This document shows, one piece after another, positions 1 through 9,927 of a DNA stretch of 64,000 nt; position 1 is the stretch's first letter, and each line of letters opens with the position of its first letter. The notes below the pieces were generated by a model. That model did not search any database, was not told the origin of the DNA, and saw nothing but the letters and a program-made list of their open reading frames with translations. Source of the stretch: Deltaproteobacteria bacterium (GTDB lineage Bacteria; Myxococcota_A; UBA9160; SMWR01); contig JAQBHB010000047.1 of the NCBI GenBank assembly GCA_032128115.1, positions 218,886-282,885 on the forward strand, given 5' to 3'. A program made the position numbers and the translations under genes.

Positions 1-134
1 GAGCAGCCGGAAGTCGTCGCCCCGGTACCCGAAGGAAAGGCTCGGCAGGTACAGGACCGCGAATGCGATGGCGAGGATCGCAGGCACCGCGGCCTGCCCC
101 GCAGTGGGCCAGCCGGTCAGGGATCGGAAGCCGG

Positions 135-1385
135 TCACCGGCGAACGCCGCCTGCCACCGGTGCCATCCGCAGGCGGGCGATCGCCAGGCAGGCGACCAC
201 GTAGCCGCCCGCCAGGATCTGGAAGGCCACGTCGTAGCTCCCGGTGACGTCGTAGATCCAGCCGGTGAGCGGCACCCCGACGGCCGTGATGGGGCTCTGG
301 AAGGGGCGCATCAGTCCGGCCACCTTGCCGAACGACAAGCGGCCGAAGGCCGCCGCCGCGACCGACTGCTGCAGGGGGATCACGCCTCCCATGCCAAAGC
401 CGAAGACGGCGGCTCCGGTGGCGAGATCCGTGTAGTCGGTGCCACCCATGATCAGGAGCAGGCCGATCAGCTGTCCGCCGAACGAGATCCAGATGGCGAT
501 GCGCGGATCAAAGCGGTCCACGAGCCGGCCGAATACGAGCTTTCCCAACACGCCCATGCCCGCCGAGGTCGAGAGCACCCAGCCGGCGCGGTACGCCGGT
601 ACGCCCCGGTCGTCGGCGTACGGGATCAGGTGCGAGAGCAGCGACGACAGCGCGAAGAAGGCCAGCCCGAAGGAGGCGACGATCACCCAGAAATTGGGGG
701 AGCGCAGGATCTCGCGAGTCTTCCAGGTCCGTTCGGCGCCAACCGGGATGGGGGCATCCGGCAGCGGGATGGGCTCGCCGTCGGGCCGCTGCCCGATCTG
801 CTCGGGGCGGTCCACGACCAGAAGCGCCACCAGGGGCACCACCACCAGGGCCGTGGCCAGCGCATAGATTTCGAAGCTGCCGCGCCAGCCGCGGGCCGCG
901 ATCAGCCAGGTTGCGGCCACCGGCATCACCAGGCCCGAGAGCGAGATGCCCACCGTGGCCACGCCGAAGGCGGTGCCGCGCCGCGCCTCGAACCAGTTGG
1001 CCACGAGTTTTCCAGAGGCCATTCCTCCCATCAGCGACAGGCCGACACCGAAGAAGGTCCCCAGGATCAGGTAGTACTGCCACAGGAAGTCGATGCGCGA
1101 GAGCAGTCCGAAGCCCACGCTCACGATCACGGCTCCCGCGATCATGGCCCGCTTCAGCGACGCCCGATCGAGCAGGCGCCCGATGAAGGGAGCCGCCAGG
1201 GAGCCGGCGAAGCTCGAGATGGAAAGCCCGAGGCCCACGCTGAAACGCGAGCCTTCGCCCAGGTCGGCGGCGATGGGCTTGAAGAACACGCCGAAGGAGT
1301 AGAAGAAGAAGCCCACGGCGATGAAGTCGACCACGAAGGCGACACCCACCATGCGCCAGCCGCGAAAGCCCGGGGCGGCGCTCAT
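135..1385 (-). CDS. MFS transporter (OFA/MCT-like)
   Basis: 416 aa, about 12 hydrophobic segments, motif A-like GRLLDR and GRLVDRFD; ATGA overlap with upstream gene. Confidence 0.9.
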   Translation of the reverse strand: MSAAPGFRGWRMVGVAFVVDFIAVGFFFYSFGVFFKPIAADLGEGSRFSVGLGLSISSFAGSLAAPFIGRLLDRASLKRAMIAGAVIVSVGFGLLSRIDFLWQYYLILGTFFGVGLSLMGGMASGKLVANWFEARRGTAFGVATVGISLSGLVMPVAATWLIAARGWRGSFEIYALATALVVVPLVALLVVDRPEQIGQRPDGEPIPLPDAPIPVGAERTWKTREILRSPNFWVIVASFGLAFFALSSLLSHLIPYADDRGVPAYRAGWVLSTSAGMGVLGKLVFGRLVDRFDPRIAIWISFGGQLIGLLLIMGGTDYTDLATGAAVFGFGMGGVIPLQQSVAAAAFGRLSFGKVAGLMRPFQSPITAVGVPLTGWIYDVTGSYDVAFQILAGGYVVACLAIARLRMAPVAGGVRR

Positions 1386-2770
1386 CGCGCGTCGCGTGCT
1401 TCGAGTCGGTCGAGGATCTCGCGATGTGCCTGGCGCGTGAGGCCGTAGCCCCGTGCGATCCAGACCGAGAGCACCAGGAAGAAGGCGGGCGCGAGGCTCG
1501 TGAGCAACCGGATCGCCGTGATTACCTCGTCATTCTGCTCCGATTCGCGATCGAAGCCCAGCTGTCCAAGCAATGCCATGGCGAGCGCCACCGCCAGGGT
1601 GCCGGCCAGCTTGCGCACGAACATGAAGAAGCCGTAGTAGACGCCCTCGCGGCGCTCGCCGGTCTCCAGATCGTCCTCGTCCACCACCTCGCCCAGCATG
1701 GACCAGGGCATGAGATCCACCATGGCGTAGCCAATGGCGCTCACCGGAACGAAGACCATCAGGGTCCAACGCGGCCATTCGGGCTGCACCAGCAGGAACA
1801 GGACCAGGGTGGCGGCCCACCACAGGGAGCCCACCTTGAAGATCGTGGCCTTCTCCGTCCTGCGCGCGATCCACATCCACGCGGGTAGTGAGGCGCAGAC
1901 CGCGCCGACGAACAGGATCATGGTGATCTCGAAATCCCTGCTGCGGCCGATCCAGAACGTGAAGTAGAGGATCAACATGGCGCCGATCAGATCGAGCGCG
2001 ATGCGGCCGCACAGATAGAGGCCCGTCAGGCGGCGGAAGTTGCGATTGCGCAACAGGATCACCAGCCCCTGGCGGAACGAGACCTGCGGCGTTCGTGCCT
2101 GGAAGCTGGGTCGCTCCCACGTGCCCGCGTAGACGGCGAGCCACGGCACCGCCAGCACCACGCCAAGGATCGCTCCCGCCGCGGCGAAACCCCCGGCGCC
2201 GCCGCCCAGCGCATGGGCCATGGGGCGAACGGCCGCGGAGCCCACCAGCACACCGATCAAGGACCCCACATTCCGGTACATGTTGAGCGACGTACGCGCG
2301 TCGTAGCCGATGGCCATCTCGGGTTGGAGCGCGAGGTAGGGCACCGAGAGCACCGTCATGGAGAGGCTCAGCACCACGTAGACCGCCGTGTAGTAGCCGA
2401 ACATGACGAGCTGGGATCCGGTGGCCAGGGGCGTCCACAGCAGGGCGAAGCTCGCGCCGAACGGGATGGCCCCGATCAGGAAGAACGGCCGCCGACGCCC
2501 GGCCTTCCAGCGGCAGCGATCCGACCAGCGCCCCATGGCCGGATCCGTGAAGGCGTCCACGCCGCGCCCGATCAGCTGCACCAGCCCCGCCAGCTCCGGG
2601 CGCAGCCCCGCTACCTGGGTCAGGAAGTAGCTGACGTAGACCACGTTCAGGGAGACCAGCACCGTGTTCACGGTGAAGTCGCCAAGGCCGTATACGGTCT
2701 TGCGCCCGACGTGAAGCCGAGGGTCCTCGTTCGCAGAGAATGCGTTGGGCGCGGACGAGGCTTGGCTCAA
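1382..2770 (-). CDS. Glycoside-pentoside-hexuronide (GPH/MelB-like) cation symporter
   Basis: DAFTDPAMGRWSDR, GRRRPF, and EVVDEDDLETGERREGVYYG motifs typical of GPH transporters. Confidence 0.9.
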   Translation of the reverse strand: MSQASSAPNAFSANEDPRLHVGRKTVYGLGDFTVNTVLVSLNVVYVSYFLTQVAGLRPELAGLVQLIGRGVDAFTDPAMGRWSDRCRWKAGRRRPFFLIGAIPFGASFALLWTPLATGSQLVMFGYYTAVYVVLSLSMTVLSVPYLALQPEMAIGYDARTSLNMYRNVGSLIGVLVGSAAVRPMAHALGGGAGGFAAAGAILGVVLAVPWLAVYAGTWERPSFQARTPQVSFRQGLVILLRNRNFRRLTGLYLCGRIALDLIGAMLILYFTFWIGRSRDFEITMILFVGAVCASLPAWMWIARRTEKATIFKVGSLWWAATLVLFLLVQPEWPRWTLMVFVPVSAIGYAMVDLMPWSMLGEVVDEDDLETGERREGVYYGFFMFVRKLAGTLAVALAMALLGQLGFDRESEQNDEVITAIRLLTSLAPAFFLVLSVWIARGYGLTRQAHREILDRLEARDAR

Positions 2771-2803
2771 GAGAACTCTCGGGCGTGGTGCCGAGCGTCG
2801 ATC

Positions 2804-4000
2804 CTAGGCGATGTCTGCCTTGCGATACAGGGTGACCACGGCGGCGCCACCCAGACCCAGGTTGTGCTGCAGCGCCACCTTCGCGCCGTCCACCTGGCGC
2901 TTGTCGGCTGCGCCCCGCAGCTGCCAGTTGAGTTCCGAGCACTGGGCGAGGCCCGTGGCTCCCAGGGGGTGGCCCTTGGAGATGAGGCCTCCGGAGGGAT
3001 TCACCACCACCTGGCCGCCGTAGGTCTGAGCGCCCGAATCCACGAAAGCGCCCGCCTTGCCCTCGGGGCACAGGCCCAGGGCCTCGTAGCTGATCATCTC
3101 GTTGGCCGAGAAGCAGTCGTGCAGCTCGACCACGTCCAGGTCTTCCGGCCCGAGGCCCGACTGCTCGTACACCTGCTGGGCGGCCTTCTTCGTCATGTCG
3201 GAACCCACCAGCTTGATGCTGCTCTTTTCGTCGAACGAGCTGGCGTAGTCGGTGGTCATGGCCATGCCCAGGATCTCGACCGCCTGGTCCTGAAGGCCGT
3301 GCTTCTTCACGAACGACTCGCTGGCCAGGATCGCCGCACCCGCCCCGTCGGAGGTGGGGCAGCACTGCAGCTTGGTGAGCGGCTCGTACACCATGGGTGA
3401 GTTCATGATGTCTTCCAGGCTGTACTCGTCCTGGAACTGGGAGTACGGGTTGTTCACCGAATGCTTGTGGTTCTTCCAGCCGATCTTGGCGAACTGCTCG
3501 AGCGTGGTGCCGTACTTCTCCATGTGCTCGCGGCCGGCGTTTCCGAAGAACTGGGGCGCCGCCGGCGCCTTGGCGAAGCCGCGCATCTCGATCATGAGCT
3601 TCGCGTGCTTGTCCATGGGGTTGGTGCGGTCGGTGTACTTGATGCCCAGCGACCCCTTCTCCATCTTCTCGAAGCCCAGCGCCAGCACGCAGTCGGCCAG
3701 GTCGCCCTCCACGAACTGCTTGGCCATGAACAGCGCCGTCGATCCCGTGGCGCAGTTGTTGTTCACGTTGTAGATGGGGATCCCGGTGAGTCCGAGGGTG
3801 TAGACGGCGCGCTCACCGGCGGTCGAATCGCCGTAGCAATAACCCACGCAGGCCTGCTCGATCTGGTCGTAGGCGATGCCCGCGTCCTCGAGGGCCCGGG
3901 TTCCGGCCTCCTTGGCCATGTCGGGATAGTCCCACTCCTTCGAGCCGGGCTTCTCGAACTTGGTCATGCCGACGCCGACGACGAACACCTTCCTGCCCAT
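2804..4000 (-). CDS. SCP-x type thiolase (nonspecific lipid-transfer protein)
   Basis: [38 protein letters not shown] motifs. Confidence 0.95.
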   Translation of the reverse strand: MGRKVFVVGVGMTKFEKPGSKEWDYPDMAKEAGTRALEDAGIAYDQIEQACVGYCYGDSTAGERAVYTLGLTGIPIYNVNNNCATGSTALFMAKQFVEGDLADCVLALGFEKMEKGSLGIKYTDRTNPMDKHAKLMIEMRGFAKAPAAPQFFGNAGREHMEKYGTTLEQFAKIGWKNHKHSVNNPYSQFQDEYSLEDIMNSPMVYEPLTKLQCCPTSDGAGAAILASESFVKKHGLQDQAVEILGMAMTTDYASSFDEKSSIKLVGSDMTKKAAQQVYEQSGLGPEDLDVVELHDCFSANEMISYEALGLCPEGKAGAFVDSGAQTYGGQVVVNPSGGLISKGHPLGATGLAQCSELNWQLRGAADKRQVDGAKVALQHNLGLGGAAVVTLYRKADIA

Positions 4001-4090
4001 GGATCCTTCTCCTCGATCGAGCGCTTCGGGCCGCTGGGTCCGGAGCCTGCTCTGCTCTGTCCCGCCGGAAGGCGGGATGGGTTGGCTGGA

Positions 4091-4106
4091 TTGACTCCAG
4101 AGTCAA
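4091..4106. promoter_or_regulatory. Perfect 7-2-7 inverted repeat TTGACTC-CA-GAGTCAA, candidate repressor operator
   Basis: Exact dyad in the intergenic region about 90 bp upstream of the thiolase start. Confidence 0.55.
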
Positions 4107-4188
4107 CGGAGCCTAGCACCCCGCAACGCGGATAGAAGCGCCTCTACGCGCTGCTCGATCTCGTCGCGAACCCTGGGGGGGGAGGCAT

Positions 4189-4986
4189 TCAGAGCCTGAA
4201 GTGCTGGCGGATCAGGGCCAGGGTAAAGCGATCGGGAAGCAGGCGGCGGATCAGGGGCACCGTTGCCGAGTCGGCACCCACGGCGTAGCGCACCCGCGGA
4301 CGGCGGGCGGTGAGGGCGCGTTCGATGGCCCGGGCCACCACCTCGGGCCCGGGGGCCCTGGGGAGCGACTCGACGATCACGTCGCGCGTGGTGAGAATGC
4401 GCTCGCCGTAGACCGAGTTCTCCGGACGTCCCCAGTCCGTCGCGTCGTTGAACGGGGTGTTGATGTCGCCGGGTTCGACGAGCGAGACGTGCACCCCCGT
4501 CGCGTGTAGCTCGTTGCGCAGGGCCAGGGCCAGGGCGTCCACCGCCGCCTTGCTGGCCGAGTAATGGGCCTGGAAGGGGATCGGCACGCGCCCCGCCAGG
4601 GAGCCCACCAGCACGATCCGCCCGTGCCCGGCCTCGCGCATGCCGGGAATCACGGCGCGCAGGGTGCGCAGCACGCCGAAGAAGTTGGTGTCGAACTGCT
4701 TGCGGGCGGCCTCGATGGGCACCTCCTCCACACTGCCGAAGATCCCGAAGCCCGCATTGCACACCACGCCGGTAAGGGTCGGGGCCGAGTCGAGCACCTG
4801 GTCGACGGCCTTGTGCACCGACGTCTCGTCGCACACGTCCATGGCCACCCACGAGACCCCAGGGTCCGCATCCGGGCCGGGATTGCGACTGGTTCCGAAC
4901 ACCCGGAATCCCGCGGCCACCAGGCGCGTCGCCGCGGCTGCGCCGATGCCCGACGACGCCCCCGTGATCAGGATCGTGCCCTTCAC
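4189..4986 (-). CDS. SDR family oxidoreductase
   Basis: TGASSGIG, NAGFG, YSASK. Confidence 0.93.
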   Translation of the reverse strand: MKGTILITGASSGIGAAAATRLVAAGFRVFGTSRNPGPDADPGVSWVAMDVCDETSVHKAVDQVLDSAPTLTGVVCNAGFGIFGSVEEVPIEAARKQFDTNFFGVLRTLRAVIPGMREAGHGRIVLVGSLAGRVPIPFQAHYSASKAAVDALALALRNELHATGVHVSLVEPGDINTPFNDATDWGRPENSVYGERILTTRDVIVESLPRAPGPEVVARAIERALTARRPRVRYAVGADSATVPLIRRLLPDRFTLALIRQHFRL

Positions 4987-5043
4987 GACGCGAGCTTACC
5001 CCGCTCGCGGTGCGGGGCGCCCGGGGGCTGGTAGGCTCCGCGC

Positions 5044-5574
5044 ATGCAGAGCACGCGGGGGGTGCGATGGCGCCGGATCGGCGCTCTCCTGATTCTCGCC
5101 GTGGTGTCGTGCACCGAGACCGAGGCCGAGGTCCCCGACGCGCCCGTGGTGCCGCAGACCGCCTGGGTCGAGATCGCGGGTCAGCTGTTCGAGCTGGAGC
5201 TCGCCCTGGATCCGGCGACGCGCTTCCGCGGGCTCAGTGGTCGGCGCAGCGTGGCGCCCGAGGGCGGCATGTTGTTCGTCAACAGGCAATCCCGGCGGCT
5301 CCTGATGGTGATGCGCGACTGCCCGATCCCCCTGGACGTGGCCTTCCTCGACCGCGCGGGGTGGGTGCTGGCGATTCACGAGATGGTCGTGGAGTCGCCG
5401 CGCGGCCGCGACGAGTCGCAGGCCCGCTACGAGGAGCGCCTGCCCGCCTACGACAGCGATGTGCCCGCCTGGTTCGCGGTAGAAACGGCCGCCGGCCGCC
5501 TTCGCGCGCTGGGCCTGAAGGTGGGCGATCGCCTGGTGTTCGACAGCGACGCGCTGATCACGCGTGCCAGATAG
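5044..5574 (+). CDS. DUF192 family lipoprotein
   Basis: Lipobox VVSC; ELAL..R.RGL..R, GMLF, IPLDVAFLD, AVETAAG...GLKVGD pattern. Confidence 0.85.
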   Translation: MQSTRGVRWRRIGALLILAVVSCTETEAEVPDAPVVPQTAWVEIAGQLFELELALDPATRFRGLSGRRSVAPEGGMLFVNRQSRRLLMVMRDCPIPLDVAFLDRAGWVLAIHEMVVESPRGRDESQARYEERLPAYDSDVPAWFAVETAAGRLRALGLKVGDRLVFDSDALITRAR

Positions 5575-5600
5575 CTCTAGTGCCGTGCCAGATAGCTCTA
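5563..5600. repeat. Direct repeat, 17 bp x2 (period 21) at convergent stop codons
   Basis: CGTGCCAGATAGCTCTA at 5563-5579 and 5584-5600. Confidence 0.9.
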
Positions 5601-6362
5601 CGCGGAGATCAGCATCCCGCCTTCGACGGCCAGTACCTGGGCCGTGACCATGTCGGAGCCGTTGATCAGGCTCAGGATCGCGTCGGACACGTCCTCGGCG
5701 GTGCACACCTTGCCCAGGGGCGCGCGCGCCTCCATGGCTTTCTTCACCGGTGCGTACGCCGGGCCCAGTCCGGTTTCGAGCCAGTCTCCCGCGATGAAGC
5801 CCGGCGCCACGGCGTTTACGCGGATGCGAGGCGCCAGCACCCGCGCCAGGGTGATCGTCAGGTTGTTCAAGGCGGCCTTGGAGGCGCAGTAGGGGATCGA
5901 GCTGCCCGTGCCGATGATCCCCGCCACGCTGGAGACGTTCACCACCTCGCCGCCGTCCCCGTCCTCGAGGGCGGGCTTGGCTGCCCGGGCCATCTGGAAC
6001 GGTCCCTTCAGGTTCACCGACAGGATCCGGTCCCACTCTTCCGCGGTCACCTTCTCGAGTTCTGCGTGGGGGATGAAGCTGGTGGTGCCGGCGTTGTTCA
6101 CCAGCACGTCGAGCCGACCGAACGCGGCGACTGCCGCTTCCACCATGGCGCGACAGCCGACGTCATCGGCTACGTCGCAGCGGTGGGCAATGGCGGTCAC
6201 ACCCAGGGCACGAGCCTCGGCGGCCGTCTTCTCCGCAGCTTCCCTGGACCGGCTGTAGTTCACCAGCACGGAGCAACCCCGGCGTGCCAGCGCCAACGCG
6301 GTGGCCCGCCCCACTCCCGTTCCGGCACCCGTTACGATGGCCGCCCGACCTTCCAGTTCCAT
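5598..6362 (-). CDS. SDR family oxidoreductase
   Basis: TGAGTGVG, NNAG, YCASK; start set at MELEG with GGAGG RBS. Confidence 0.93.
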   Translation of the reverse strand: MELEGRAAIVTGAGTGVGRATALALARRGCSVLVNYSRSREAAEKTAAEARALGVTAIAHRCDVADDVGCRAMVEAAVAAFGRLDVLVNNAGTTSFIPHAELEKVTAEEWDRILSVNLKGPFQMARAAKPALEDGDGGEVVNVSSVAGIIGTGSSIPYCASKAALNNLTITLARVLAPRIRVNAVAPGFIAGDWLETGLGPAYAPVKKAMEARAPLGKVCTAEDVSDAILSLINGSDMVTAQVLAVEGGMLISA

Positions 6363-6622
6363 GACCCCTCCTGCGCGAAATCCTTCACTTCGGATCCGGA
6401 GTTGCCGACAAGGATCTCTCGGATTCCGGGCCGGCGAGACAGCATAGGCAGGAACGGCCGAATTCGCCCGAAAACTGTGGTGTAAAGCCATCAGTCTTGG
6501 CTCTGAGCCACTGGTTTCGCTGGAAAGTGTTGATGTATGATTCCCGGCCGCGGGAGGCCGATCGGGCCCGGGGGGGACGCATGGCCGGGTTTCCCGCGCC
6601 TACTCAGGAGAATCCGCAGCGG

Positions 6623-7726
6623 ATGAGTGACGTTTCCGCGGCGTCGTCGACGCCCGCGCGCGAGCCCCGGCCGCGCCCCATGCGAGCGATCCCCGGCGCC
6701 GAGATGGGCAGCGCTCCCCGGGAGCTTCGAGAACGCTTCGGCGAGGCCTTCACGCCGCGTCCGGCCATCTATTGGGCCGACATGCTGGGTTCCGCTGGCC
6801 TCGCCTGGACCCTGTTCGCGATTTCGGCCGCCGTGCCCTTCGGCTCGCCCCTGCACGTGGTCACGACCGTTGGCGCGATCTTCGCCATGCTGCGGTCGGC
6901 CCTGTTCATCCACGAGATCTCCCACCTGCGCGCCCGCTCCCTGGCCGGCTTCGAGACGGTCTGGAATGCCGTCGTGGGCATCCCGGTGCTGATTCCGAGC
7001 CTGATGTACGTGGGCTCCCACATGGATCACCACCGGCGCACCGCGTTCGGCACCGAGCAGGACCCGGAGTACGCGCCCATCGCCCACTGGAGCCGCCTGC
7101 GGATTGCATTGTTCGTCGCGACGGTGGCGTTCGTGCCCCTGCTGACGGCCATCCGCTGGGGCGTGCTTGGCCCCCTGGGGCGCGTGTGCCCGCCGGTTCG
7201 GCGCTTCGCGGTGGAACGCATGTCGACCCTGGTGATCAACACCGGCTATCGCCGGCCCATGCCCATGGCGCGCCAGGCCGTGAAGTGGCAGAAGCTCGAG
7301 ACCGCGGCCGCCCTGTTCGTGTGGGCGACGGTGGGGGCAACCGCTCTCGGATGGCTCCCTCTGCACGTGCTCGGCCAGTGGTGGCTCGTGACCGGCGGCG
7401 TGCTGGTGGTCAATCAGGTGCGCACGCTGGTGGCCCATGGCTACGAGAATGCCGGCGAGCCGGTCGACACCGAGGGCCAGCTGCTGGACTCGATCAATCT
7501 CCACGGCTGGTCGCCGGTGACCGCGCTGCTGGCCCCGGTGGGCCTGCGCTACCACGGCCTGCACCATTACCTGCCGAGTCTCCCGTATCACAGTCTGGGA
7601 GCCGTGCACCGACAGCTGCTGGCGGAGCTGCCCGAGAACTCGCCGTACCGCCAGACCCTGCGCCACGGCGTGGTCCCCGCGCTCCAGAAGCTCTGGACCC
7701 GAGCCGCCTCGGCTCCCGCCAACTGA
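6623..7726 (+). CDS. Membrane fatty acid desaturase/hydroxylase (possible ceramide hydroxylase-like)
   Basis: Three His boxes HEISH, HMDHH, HGLHH; start uncertain (6581 or 6623). Confidence 0.85.
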   Translation: MSDVSAASSTPAREPRPRPMRAIPGAEMGSAPRELRERFGEAFTPRPAIYWADMLGSAGLAWTLFAISAAVPFGSPLHVVTTVGAIFAMLRSALFIHEISHLRARSLAGFETVWNAVVGIPVLIPSLMYVGSHMDHHRRTAFGTEQDPEYAPIAHWSRLRIALFVATVAFVPLLTAIRWGVLGPLGRVCPPVRRFAVERMSTLVINTGYRRPMPMARQAVKWQKLETAAALFVWATVGATALGWLPLHVLGQWWLVTGGVLVVNQVRTLVAHGYENAGEPVDTEGQLLDSINLHGWSPVTALLAPVGLRYHGLHHYLPSLPYHSLGAVHRQLLAELPENSPYRQTLRHGVVPALQKLWTRAASAPAN

Positions 7727-7764
7727 ACTGCGCTCGCCTTCGAGTTCGAACTGCGCTCGCCTTC
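7725..7764. repeat. Direct repeat, 17 bp x2 (period 23) between convergent genes
   Basis: GAACTGCGCTCGCCTTC at 7725-7741 and 7748-7764. Confidence 0.9.
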
Positions 7765-7772
7765 CGCCTTGC

Positions 7773-8744
7773 CTAGCGCAGGTCGCGGCGGCGCAGCACC
7801 CGGAAGATCAGGGGCCAGGCGAAGATCAGGGGGTGGCGGCGCTGGCGTTCGCTGGGCTCGATGTGGCTGCCCGTGTGGCGTTCGAGCTTCCAGAGTGCGT
7901 ACGGCAGCCAGTCGCCGAAGGTGAACGCGCTCTTGAGGAGCTGCGCCAGATAGACGAGCTTTGCCAGCGGCCGGCGCAGGCGCCACGTTCGTCGAGCACG
8001 GCGCCGGTCGCCCGGGTCGATCCGCACGCGCAGGGAGTCGCCGTCGTCACTCACGTCCACGCCGCCCCGTTTCGCCCACTCTTCGAGGCCCAAGCGAGCC
8101 ACCCGATCGAATCGCGGCGCGTGGGCGTCGTACAGCTGGCGGATCGTCTCCGGCGACTCGGGGCGCATCTCGTAGCGATAGGTTTCGTAGAAGGCGCGCT
8201 GCCAGAGGTCGTCGAGACCGAATCCCGCCATCGGGTCCGACGCCGGCATCAGGGGCACGATCCGCTCGAGAAGCGTCAGCAGCGAACCGGTGGCGGCGCG
8301 CACCAACAGGTGGTGCGCCGCGTCGTCGCGCAGGTAGATCGCGCGCACCGGTTGGCAGAAGCGCGCCCACAGGCTCGACCGCAGGCTGCCGGTTCCGACG
8401 CCGCGCTGCAGGTCGCGGCTGGAGACCACCGCGTATTTGGCGCGCAGGCATCCTCCCGGCGTGTCGAGCTCCAGGTAGTGGACGTTTGGCGGCAGCACGG
8501 CATTGGCCCACGCCAAAAGCGGCGAGCGGCTTGCCGCGCGATAGTCATCGACGATGGCGTAGAAGTCGAGCACTCCCTCGTCGGTCTGCTTGCGCAGACA
8601 CGAGCCGTAGAAAACGACCGCCGCCACCGGAGCGTCGCCACAACGCCGGCGAACCTCGTGGGCCAGCTGCGTGGCCGCATCGGAGACCGGCTGCTGGAAC
8701 TCCGCCGAGAAGACTTCGGCGAGGGCCTCGGCACCACCGCTCAT
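7773..8744 (-). CDS. Tam41/Mmp37-like nucleotidyltransferase-fold protein (putative lipid cytidylyltransferase)
   Basis: FYGSCLR...LDFYAIVD and KYAVVS resemble the Tam41 YGS / DxxxxV / KYGVVS motifs; start set at MSGGA, 7 nt after the kinase stop. Confidence 0.6.
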   Translation of the reverse strand: MSGGAEALAEVFSAEFQQPVSDAATQLAHEVRRRCGDAPVAAVVFYGSCLRKQTDEGVLDFYAIVDDYRAASRSPLLAWANAVLPPNVHYLELDTPGGCLRAKYAVVSSRDLQRGVGTGSLRSSLWARFCQPVRAIYLRDDAAHHLLVRAATGSLLTLLERIVPLMPASDPMAGFGLDDLWQRAFYETYRYEMRPESPETIRQLYDAHAPRFDRVARLGLEEWAKRGGVDVSDDGDSLRVRIDPGDRRRARRTWRLRRPLAKLVYLAQLLKSAFTFGDWLPYALWKLERHTGSHIEPSERQRRHPLIFAWPLIFRVLRRRDLR

Positions 8745-8751
8745 GGGGCCC

Positions 8752-9708
8752 TCAGGCGCGCACGAATGTGATGCGGTGGTCGGCGGAGAGCGAGATGCGT
8801 TCGTCGGGCTCGCCGGGAAAGACCTCGCCGTCCACGGTGTAGCCGCAGTCGATGCGGAGTTCTGCATGGTCCACGTTGCGGCTGGTGTAGCCCGCATCGG
8901 GCGTCATGTTGCGGTTGGGTCGTCCGCGCACGAGCCCGGGGATGGCGCGTCCCATGCGATGGGCCCCGTGGGACATGCTGGTGAAGCGCACCCCCCCCGA
9001 TCCCTCGCCCCAGAAGGGATTGAGCCGCAGGAAGAGGCGCTTGAGGGTGGATCCGATCAGGAGCGTGAACTCACCCTGGCTCACCAGTTCGCCGTCCAGG
9101 TAGACCTGCGCCTTGTCCGGAGCGAGCACGCCCTCGCTGGCCTTGAAGCTGGCACGGGCCAGCAGGCCCGCCGTCACGAGACTGGCGCCAAGTACACCCT
9201 GGGACTTGCCCGGCGGAAACATGCGGTGCGTCAGCGCGATGGCGCGGTGGATCATTCCCGCCCCGAAGAACATGCCGTACTGCACGTTGTTCCGGGTGGC
9301 GGATTCGATGCGAAGCACCGGCCTTTGCACCAGGAGCCGTTCCAGGGTTCCCGACTGCACGGCGCGCAGGATCGCGCGCAGCCCCTTCACCGGGTCGCGC
9401 TGGGCGCCCAGGTCGAGGGCCGTCATGTTGGTGCGACCCCCGCGAAGCGGTGCGAACAGGGGCGGTTTCTCGAAGGGTTCGGCCGACAGGATCTCGGTGA
9501 GGGCGTGCTGGATGGTGCCGTCGCCTCCGTTCACGATCAGCAGATCCACCCGATTGTTCCCCAGCGCAGCCACCGCGTCGGGCAGGGCGCCGGTGCGCTC
9601 CGTTTCCAGGTGCTGCACCTCCGGGTAGTCACGAAGCAGCGCCAGGATGCGCTCCACCTTCCCCTGGCTGCGGCCTGCGCGCAGATTGTTCAGGACTGCG
9701 ATCTGCAC
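8752..9708 (-). CDS. Diacylglycerol/sphingosine/ceramide kinase family protein
   Basis: NNLRAG, NGGDGT, GGRTNMTA, VDGE; GTG start with GGAG RBS. Confidence 0.9.
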   Translation of the reverse strand: MQIAVLNNLRAGRSQGKVERILALLRDYPEVQHLETERTGALPDAVAALGNNRVDLLIVNGGDGTIQHALTEILSAEPFEKPPLFAPLRGGRTNMTALDLGAQRDPVKGLRAILRAVQSGTLERLLVQRPVLRIESATRNNVQYGMFFGAGMIHRAIALTHRMFPPGKSQGVLGASLVTAGLLARASFKASEGVLAPDKAQVYLDGELVSQGEFTLLIGSTLKRLFLRLNPFWGEGSGGVRFTSMSHGAHRMGRAIPGLVRGRPNRNMTPDAGYTSRNVDHAELRIDCGYTVDGEVFPGEPDERISLSADHRITFVRA

Positions 9709-9863
9709 TGAACCGACTCCTGGGGGGGATGGGGTTCGTCTCGTCGTCGGGCCCGGGGGCACTCGAGGCGACCGACGCTGCGCGGGGCTCTCGCCGGATC
9801 GGAGCGACTCGCGCCAATGTTGAGTTCGGGCGAGCCCGACCCACGCCTGCGCCGGGCGGGGGG

Positions 9864-9872
9864 AGCATACCA
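9864..9872 (-). promoter_or_regulatory. Candidate extended -10 element (TGGTATGCT) upstream of the lipid kinase
   Basis: TGnTAnnnT match in an AT-richer intergenic stretch. Confidence 0.3.
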
Positions 9873-9927
9873 GCAATCTTGTTGTGGGTTCGGCATCTGG
9901 ATTGATTTCGGGGGGAAAAACACCCGT

